64,000 nt of DNA from Basidiobolus meristosporus CBS 931.73. Taxonomy: Eukaryota > Fungi > Basidiobolomycota. The position numbers and the translations under genes are program-made. The notes beneath the pieces were generated by a model. The model saw nothing but the letters and a program-made list of their open reading frames with translations, did not search any database and was not told the DNA's origin. The stretch spans positions 150,712 through 214,711 of the forward strand of contig MCFE01000034.1 of assembly GCA_002104905.1 (NCBI GenBank), given 5' to 3'. Of this stretch, positions 57,080 through 64,000 are shown one piece after another (the first letter of the stretch is position 1; each line of letters starts with the position of its first letter).

Positions 57080-57594
57080 TACAGCTCCCATACTCTTTAA
57101 ACTCCTGTTGGATTACTTTTCTCTCATTCTTGGTTCTGGTCCCTTAGGGTTAGAATTCCTCCTCCTAACCCTTATCACCCTAACCATAAATATTTTTACC
57201 CTACAATTGGCACATTGTCTGCTCATACGGTGGGCATGTCTGGGCCAATATTTATCTCCCTATACTGTCCATACGCTCTGTATAAGTCTTGATGACTATT
57301 TAATTAATAAATTGTTATTTTTAATGTATATCTAATAATTAATGGGATTCATCCCAATCTGACCACAATCCCATATTTTGATAAGCTTTGGGCACCATAA
57401 ATTGCGTGGCCCTAATATGATAAAAAAATTCATGGCCAATACAAATTTTCTGTAACCCAATTGCTTTTACCAAATATAAAGTGTATCCCAAAGTTCAATA
57501 TATATTATGGCTATAATAGAAACTTTATTTGACACCATCGCAACTACTACTTATGTTCTATGCGCACATGTATCCCGCGGGAATTGTAAAACTT

Positions 57595-58070
57595 AGCCAC
57601 GTGGTACAAAAGTGCTTTTATTTTTCATCATGATAGTTTTACATGAGTTCCTAACGCACTTTGAAAGTACGCAGTAGCCATACCCCAACAGGTTTTAAGG
57701 ATGTCCACTAGCTACGTCTACTTGTGTCTAGCAGGAGCCATCAATCATCAGCTGCGCAATACTGAAATGCTTTTATTTTTCATCATGCTAGTTTTGTATG
57801 AATCCCTAACGCACTTTTATAGTGCGCGGTAACCATACCCCAACAGGTTTTAAGGATACCCACTTGCTACGTTTACTTGTGTCTAGCAGGAGTCATCAAT
57901 CATCAGCCGCGTGGTAATAAAGTGCTTTTATTTTTCATCATGATAGTTTTACATGAGTCCTTAACGCACTTTCATAGTGCGCGGTAACCATACCCCCAGA
58001 AAGTAGTGTGGATGCTTACTTTAAACGCTCACCTGTGTATTGTACGGACTATCAACAAACAGCTGCGTGG
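57595..58070. repeat. Tandem array of ~155-bp units (about 3 copies, decaying to the right)
   Basis: Unit starts at 57595, 57750, 57905 and 58061. Recurrent motifs GCTTTTATTTTTCATCATG, CTAACGCACTTT and ACTTGTGTCTAGCAGGAG. Confidence 0.93.
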
Positions 58071-58455
58071 GAATGGAACATCATAGAAAAGCATTGCTTT
58101 GTTGTTAGCAAGTATTGATCCGCAAATAGTGGTACTATGTGAATTATTGAGTAACTATTTACTCTAGTTGGTTCCAAGATATTCCTAGACAATATGCTCA
58201 AAATCAATATTAGCATCAATAGCTTGCTCTTTGATCACTAAACCACCGCACCCAATATGCGGTGGCCTTGGTTTTGTCTAGCCGTCAAGGAATGAAACCA
58301 GAGTACAGTCACAAGAGAGGCAAAAGTGAAATGTGATGAAGTAAGTGTATATGAAAGTAATATGAATCTACAGGACAGAAGAGAACAACCAGTAGTCAAA
58401 CAGCACTCACTGACACTCCACCGAGTAGAGCACCAACACGGACAATAAACAAGTC

Positions 58456-58917
58456 ATGAAGGGAAAGCTTAAGGACCGCTACTCAGGGATCAAGACCAAA
58501 AGAGCAAGCTGCCTCTACCATAGCAGTCCTTGCGCTCCAAAGGAAGACCAAGAGTCTATTATAGACAAAGATTGCGGCAAGAAGAGCAGTACAATTACCA
58601 ATTCTGGTAGTGGTACCTTTGGAAGTCCCGAATACCTGGAGAAAACTCGGAAAAAATTGGCAGATGACTCAGTTGTCCTGAGGAGAAAACGAACCAATGC
58701 GATTGAGCAGTTCCGAAACAAACTTCAGCTTAGTTCTTCTTTGCCACACTATAAAGTACTCCAAGTGGCTTATTTGGATTATAAGCGTATGAAGGAGAAT
58801 CAGGCAGAGACTGATAAATTAAGTGATAGTCAATTGCATCACTTCTTAGATCAGGTAGAGAAACAGTTGCACAGCCAAGAGACGGAACAAGAATTGACAA
58901 TTACAGAAACCAAATAA
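58456..58917 (+). CDS. Hypothetical 153-aa basic/helical protein
   Basis: Intact ATG-initiated ORF followed by an AT-rich 3' region with AATAAA; no recognisable motif. Confidence 0.4.
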   Translation: MKGKLKDRYSGIKTKRASCLYHSSPCAPKEDQESIIDKDCGKKSSTITNSGSGTFGSPEYLEKTRKKLADDSVVLRRKRTNAIEQFRNKLQLSSSLPHYKVLQVAYLDYKRMKENQAETDKLSDSQLHHFLDQVEKQLHSQETEQELTITETK

Positions 58918-59149
58918 TTTTGCCAATGTAGTTTTGCATTTTAATAAAATAAAAGGGTGTTAATAAGAACAGAATAAAGTTAACTTATGTGTACATCAAA
59001 TGATTCAAATACTGGCTAGATGGATGTTACGTAGGAGCAAGAAGCTCAGTAACTTCAAAGGAAAGATATGATGAATGGGCCACTGACATCATCCAAATGA
59101 GTATAAAAGTGGAGAAAGGAGACATAATCCTTCATAAAAAACAAGAAGC

Positions 59150-59923
59150 ATGGAAGCAGGCAGTAGCTGGGTAGATGCCAGGAGTGAAGGTAGAGTACAA
59201 AGAGAGCAAGGAAGGGGACAAGGACGCGGAACCGGGCACGGAAGAGGAAGAGGGCAAGGAAGTGGCCAAATCCAAGAGGAGCGTGAAGGAGGTGTTGCAG
59301 CAAATGTGGATGATGCTGAGCAAGTTGCTGTAGTCACTACCAGGCGGCTGGTCAACCAAGTTTCCCAAGCATTGTCAGAGGTTTGACAAGAGCTTCCGGA
59401 ATATAGGACAACATTGCACCATGAGATATTGCGATGTATGTGCCAGGAGATTAAACAGAGGAGGGGTGATATTGTAAAGCTAAATCGGGATGTTGCTGGA
59501 CTTCAAGCCCAGATTGATTTCAGTTTCCACCATTCTACTGAGGCATTAGTGGCACAAATGGTGGAAGAGTTTGCCCGCATCAGGGCAAGCAATGAGCAGG
59601 GTGCATCTTCCGACCCAGGTGTACTTGCAAGCGACAGTATTGGAGGGGATACTACTTCCTCCCTCGAACCTACCACAAGCCAAGAGACAAGAGCAGAATC
59701 CTCCACAACAATGAGAATGGCCCCCACACAGGTTGATATGGAAGTGTGCAAAGAAGACGTGGAGAAGCAGAGTGGGGATACTATAGGCCAACCAGAAACT
59801 GTAATGGAGGCGGAGAGACCAAGTCATATTGTCATCTTAAAAATACCACAGGTTGATTCATCGCTATCACTTCCCCCATCATCACTGTCTGTGCCCCCAT
59901 CACCACCGCCATCCTCTGGCTAA
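59150..59923 (+). pseudogene. GR-rich plus coiled-coil plus S/T/P-tail protein interrupted by one in-frame TGA (59384-59386)
   Basis: ORFs 59150-59386 and 59414-59923 are in the same frame (SEV*QELPEYRTTLHHE); contains GRGQGRGTGHGRGRGQG. Confidence 0.55.
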
Positions 59924-60048
59924 CTTGAGTAAATAAAGAATTTCCACCATCCCAAATCAATGAATTGACAAGTAATAAGTTGAACTGATAAGATTGACAA
60001 TTTACAGACTAATATATGTAAAGTATGTAGTACTTAAGAGCTTTCAAG

Positions 60049-62944
60049 TTGTGGTGTATTATCAAGTATTCACTGTCACATAAATCACGCAGCAGTTGTT
60101 GTATCCCTATCCCAATGGCATTAGAAGCCAGCAGTTACAAGGAGCATCGGAAAAATTTTGGCGTTTACCTGGCAACGGTGGCAGGTGTAACAAAACGCAG
60201 CTATTGCTCGATGACCATTACCCCATCTATGCGATACTTGCTATTATATGGAGGGTATTCTGTTGAGCACTTTCAAGACAGCAAAATATCCCCGCCTTAT
60301 GATGAGCATATAGCTGAAGAAACATCCGGCCGTTGAATACTCTATGAGCCCAGCTCAAAGGTTCAAATGATTCACCTTGCAGATCTACACGGTGATGAAG
60401 ACATCACAGTGACAGTTCTCCCGACTCCAGACAACATATCAACTACAGAGGCAGCCAAAGGTGTGATTTTAATTGGCAACAGCTGTGCTAGTGACCACAA
60501 GAATCTCTACATATATGGTGGTTTTGAGCTGAGCCGTAGAGAATACTCAGGGCAACATGAAAGTGCCAAAAAATGGGGGAAAAAAGCGATACAAAGCAAG
60601 AGTGGGGAGACAATCAATAGAAGACTGAGCAAGCTGGAGGTAATCACGTACAAAGATGGCAATGGATGCTCCAGAGTATTGGAGACAAGGCCATTCTTGA
60701 ATAATCTGGCAAATATGCCTTCAGCAAGAGGTTGGGCAGTTCTTACATACGCATTTGATTGCTTATTCTTGCTGGGCGGCTATCCTACACCATCGGAACC
60801 ACCTTATACCCAACCAAATGGGAGTTTTTTAAACAAGTTCTACTGTTTAAAATTGCAAACTGGTGATTGGGAAAGACGATATGTACACTCAGCAATACAG
60901 GAGCTTGGAGAAAACTTTATTGCTGTGGTAAACAAGTATGGCAACCAAATCCAATACATCAACAATGCAAATGTTACATTCACCTATGATGTCGATAATC
61001 AGATCTGGACTTACCCTCCCAATCTAAGTCAGGAAGAAATGAGTACAAAGCAGCTACTAGGGCGCATTCTTAATGAATTGGCAGCAATCTCTCAGCGGCA
61101 CGAGAGGGAAGGCAAAGGAAGTGCTGAGACTGAAAATATCTTGCGGCATAGTGCCCATGGTCTTACTGTCCCACTTAAGAACCATCAAGCATTTGGCGTA
61201 CGATGGCTGATGTATACAGAGGCCATCCATAAAGGAGCATTGCTTGCCGATTCCATGGGACTTGGAAAGACATTGCAGATATTAAGTCTCATATTGGAGA
61301 CACCTGAGCAAAGGCCAAATCTTATTGTTGTCATGCTTGGAATACTTCTCAATTGGGTGATGGAGATAAAGACAAAAACAAGGATATCCGATGAAGAGCT
61401 TCATGTATTTCATGGAAAATTCCAAGCTATCAAGAAGTCAGATATGGAGACTAAGAGGATTGTGCTCACCACCTACCACACACTATGTGTTGAAGCAAGG
61501 AACCCTGATTCGCCTATATGGAATGTGAAATTTGGCCAAATAGTGGCCGATGAGGCAGATACACTTAAGAACTACAAAGGCGGTAGCTTAAACGCAGTGA
61601 GTAAAATTGATGGAGAATCCTTGATACTTGTCACTGCCACCCCATTCCAAAATGAGATTATGGATCTTTATTCATATTTCACATTATTCAATCTATGGGA
61701 AGGCATTCCAAAGGATTTCCATTGACTCCTACTTGAGGAGGCCAATGCAAACAGGCTAGTTGAATGGGTTGTAGAAAGACTTAGCCCATTAATATTGAGA
61801 CGCGTTCCAGAGTCGCAAATATTTGGAGAACGCGCAGTATCCATGCCTAGTATTCAAGAGCAGATTGTCTTGTGCCAATTCTTGCCGGAGGAGCTGCAGG
61901 AGTACAAACAACTGCAGTCAAGTCTTCCAGAGGAAGTCGGTCGGATGGGTGCAAATACCTATCTGCATCTGTACTCATGCCATCCATATATGTATACCTG
62001 GAGCAGGAAGAGGAATCGACTGAAAAAAGCGGCTGATGCTAGCATTGTCCAAGATGTCGAGATGAGTGAGGATGATTTTCTACCTGAGATTGATGAGGAT
62101 CTTGAGGCGGTTGCGGTTGAGGTTGAGGAGCAGCTTCAAGAGATTAATAGCAAAGAGGTTGACAGCTCATCCAACGTTCCATCTACTTCTGCACCAACTG
62201 CCATACGCACCAAAGACGCCCCTACAATTGCCCAAAGAGGGCTTGCGTTAGAGGACTCCAAGCAGGGTATTCATCCAAGATTTCCTCACTGGTGTAACCA
62301 ACAACACTGTGAACAAGCATAGTGGCAAAACTCGGAAAATCATGGAAATCCTGCTTGAAATCCAAGAAAATAAGGAGCACGCACGTGTTATTATTTTTTC
62401 TGGGTTTAATCTGATGCTTGACATAGTGGCTTACCATTTGAGGGAGCAGAGCATTGAACATCTGAAGATTACCGGTTCCACCCCAGTTTGGATACAAAAG
62501 AGCAGTATAGATACATTTGCATTGCCAGTTCCGGAGGGCGAGATTTGTGTGTTACTGATCAACATCAAATGTGGCGCATTTGGATTAAATTTGCAGATGG
62601 CATTGGCGGTGATCATTGCCGACAATTGGTGGAATCCCTATGTAGAAATCCAAGCAAAGGCCAGAGTTTGGAGGGTGAATCAACCAAATAATGTTTCTAG
62701 TTACCAGTTAGTCATGCAAGATTCCATTGAAGCTCAGGGTGTAATTGACAGTCAAACTTGTAAGATTGGCTTATTTGGCCAGATTACGCATACGTTGGTA
62801 GATGAAGCATCCAAAGTACCAATTTCATTACAACTTCAAGAGCAAGATGATCGGTACTTGAGCCAATTACATGAAGCGCAAGGCAGTGGATCTCTGATGC
62901 ACGAAGATGAAGAGGAGGTTGATGAGACGACAGATGAGGAGTAA
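60049..62944 (+). pseudogene. Kelch-repeat plus SNF2-family ATPase/helicase fusion, disrupted by two in-frame TGA (60334, 61723) and one frameshift (~62250)
   Basis: Kelch-like LLLYGGY, LYIYGGF and LFLLGGY; SNF2 motifs LKNHQAFGVRWL, LLADSMGLGKT, VLTTY, IVADEA, LVTATPFQN, VIIFS, GAFGLNLQ and WWNPYVEIQAKARVWR. Confidence 0.8.
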
Positions 62945-63114
62945 ATAGGGGTTGCAATGTACCAGGAATCAAGTATGCCAGACTCAAGGTAGTAGTAGCT
63001 ACTATTGGTAAATAAACAATGAGACTAATCTTTTTGCACAAGAAGGGTGGGAGAGGGAGAGGGAGAGAGAAAAGTCAGAGTGGTACAGTCTAAATAAAAA
63101 AGGGTGCGAGAGTT

Positions 63115-63358
63115 TTATGGTGATGAAGATAAACATGCATTTGGTGCCGCGCGGTGGTGTTGGGGATTCATCGGGCACAAATAAAAGTGTGATGCTAGAA
63201 TATAGTGATGAAAATAACCATAGGTTTGGTGCCGCGTGGTGCCAATTTGGTATTGAGATTCATCAGGCACAAATGAGAGTGCAATACTAGAATATGGTGA
63301 TGAGAATAACCATAGGTTTGGTGCCGCGCGGTGCCAATTTGGTTTTAAGATTCATCAA
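63115..63358. repeat. Tandem array of ~85-92-bp units (3 copies)
   Basis: GTGATGA(A/G)RATAA at 63120, 63205 and 63297. Each unit also has TTTGGTGCCGCGYGGTG and GATTCATC. Confidence 0.92.
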
Positions 63359-63551
63359 TATGCGGTAATGAATGATTTGATATGTGCCTTTGTTGGATGG
63401 ATGACATGCGTTAGTTGGTACTAAAATAGTCTACTCCAACAAAAACCGCAGGGTATGCCCCCGTGTCTGTTTCATGGGGTTCAGTAAATCACCCAGGGCT
63501 ATATAAAAATGAAGACCTCTTCTGTAAGGTATTCAGACACAGACGCGAGAG

Positions 63552-63985
63552 TTAGTGAAGTACTTGAATCTTACTCACAATTGTAAGCAATGGACTTTCA
63601 GTTAGGCAAGAAGTCTTACCTAAGGTAAGTTGAGCTTTGAAGATTCTAGAAAGGACTTGAGCGTCTTGGTTGCTGCTAATAGCATTCAAGTAAGAACTGA
63701 TTTGGTGGCAATTGTGCGCTAGGGTTGGAAGCAATAGCACATCTGGGCAACATATATTCATTGAGAATAACTACTGTCAGGCTGCTAGAACTTCCTCCGG
63801 ATCCCAAAGCGCTTTACACTTAGAGCAGGGCAAGAGCAGTCACCAGCATGGACAATGCGTAAATCCCAGAAAGAGAACGCGACGTGGCAAAAAACATTCC
63901 CAAGCCAAGAAGAACAGAAGGGTAGCACTAAATGGGGAAGTACGCATTTTAGGAATGAGGCAGGTGATGGAAACATTGGTTGCAA
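63552..63985 (-). pseudogene. Possible degraded Cys-rich ORF remnant running off the window edge
   Basis: One frame reads HCPCW*LLLPCSKCKALWDPEEVLAA*Q*LFSMNICCPD; the stops can be derived from CGA or CAG. Confidence 0.25.
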
Positions 63986-64000
63986 CGCAGAAAGGGCAGC

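Larger units (their letters stand above)
55200..57230 (-). mobile_element. Candidate non-autonomous retroelement-like unit: ORF1-like gene plus direct repeats with telomere-type motifs, nearly CpG-free
   Basis: Direct repeats on both sides of one intact ORF, clustered TTAGGG/CCCTAA hexamers, and only about 3 CpG in ~2 kb by hand count. No RT or transposase is visible. Confidence 0.55.
57595..63360. mobile_element. Candidate large DNA mobile element or endogenised extrachromosomal element carrying co-oriented ORFs between inverted motif arrays
   Basis: Tandem arrays at both ends share motifs in opposite orientation. Internal ORFs are all on +, apparently intronless and CpG-decayed. No transposase, TIR or TSD identified. 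Confidence 0.45.

Noticed and set aside
55200-57185. A true telomere or chromosome end
   Set aside because: Only isolated TTAGGG/CCCTAA hexamers are present, with no tandem (TTAGGG)n tract, and the sequence continues on both sides.
57595-58070. CRISPR-like array
   Set aside because: Units are similar along their length, with no unique spacers and no cas genes, in a eukaryotic context. The same applies to 63115-63358.
59384-61725. Repeated in-frame TGA as evidence of UGA=Trp recoding or transfer from a Mollicutes-like endobacterium
   Set aside because: TGG is used normally for Trp, the base composition is not very AT-rich, and the region is CpG-depleted with other apparent C-to-T changes. 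CGA-to-TGA deamination is the simpler explanation.
57745-63266. Hammerhead ribozymes in the tandem arrays (CTGATGA on the minus strand at 57745-57751, 57900-57906 and 63260-63266)
   Set aside because: No stem II followed by GAAA could be built downstream of any of these cores.
63500-63507. TATATAAA as the promoter of a further element gene
   Set aside because: No downstream +-strand ORF is present within the window to support it.
57380-63560. Terminal inverted repeats (CACTA or CCC type) and a target-site duplication for the candidate element
   Set aside because: No convincing matched termini were found by eye outside the two arrays, so the boundaries remain undefined.

Overview
Intron-containing fungal genomic DNA with short GT-AG introns. 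The gene content and style suggest an early-diverging, zygomycete-grade fungus, possibly Basidiobolus-like (inference only). Bases 1 to about 54 kb are a gene-dense core: coiled-coil protein, S1 serine protease, IleRS, NEDD8-E1 regulatory subunit, pentafunctional AROM, Zn2Cys6 TF, BRE1, MCC-beta, Rab6, UBX/TUG, SPT7, subtilisin, SNF2/STH1, FMO, a HAC1/XBP1-like bZIP, an alpha-arrestin and an amino-acid permease. Several conserved genes carry single-base frameshifts, mostly in homopolymers, which look like assembly errors. From about 55.2 kb the sequence becomes CpG-poor and repeat-rich and appears to hold two accessory elements. The first is a ~2 kb almost CpG-free unit with an intact LINE-ORF1-like ORF flanked by direct repeats ending in a telomere-type CCCTAACCC motif. 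The second is a ~5.8 kb block of co-oriented, apparently intronless ORFs, including a decayed Kelch-SNF2 fusion, bracketed by two tandem arrays that share three motifs in inverted orientation. The best-supported regulatory observation is a predicted 47-nt IRE1-type intron in the bZIP gene, whose basic region also lacks five conserved residues. All family assignments come from motif recognition by eye; no database searches were run.
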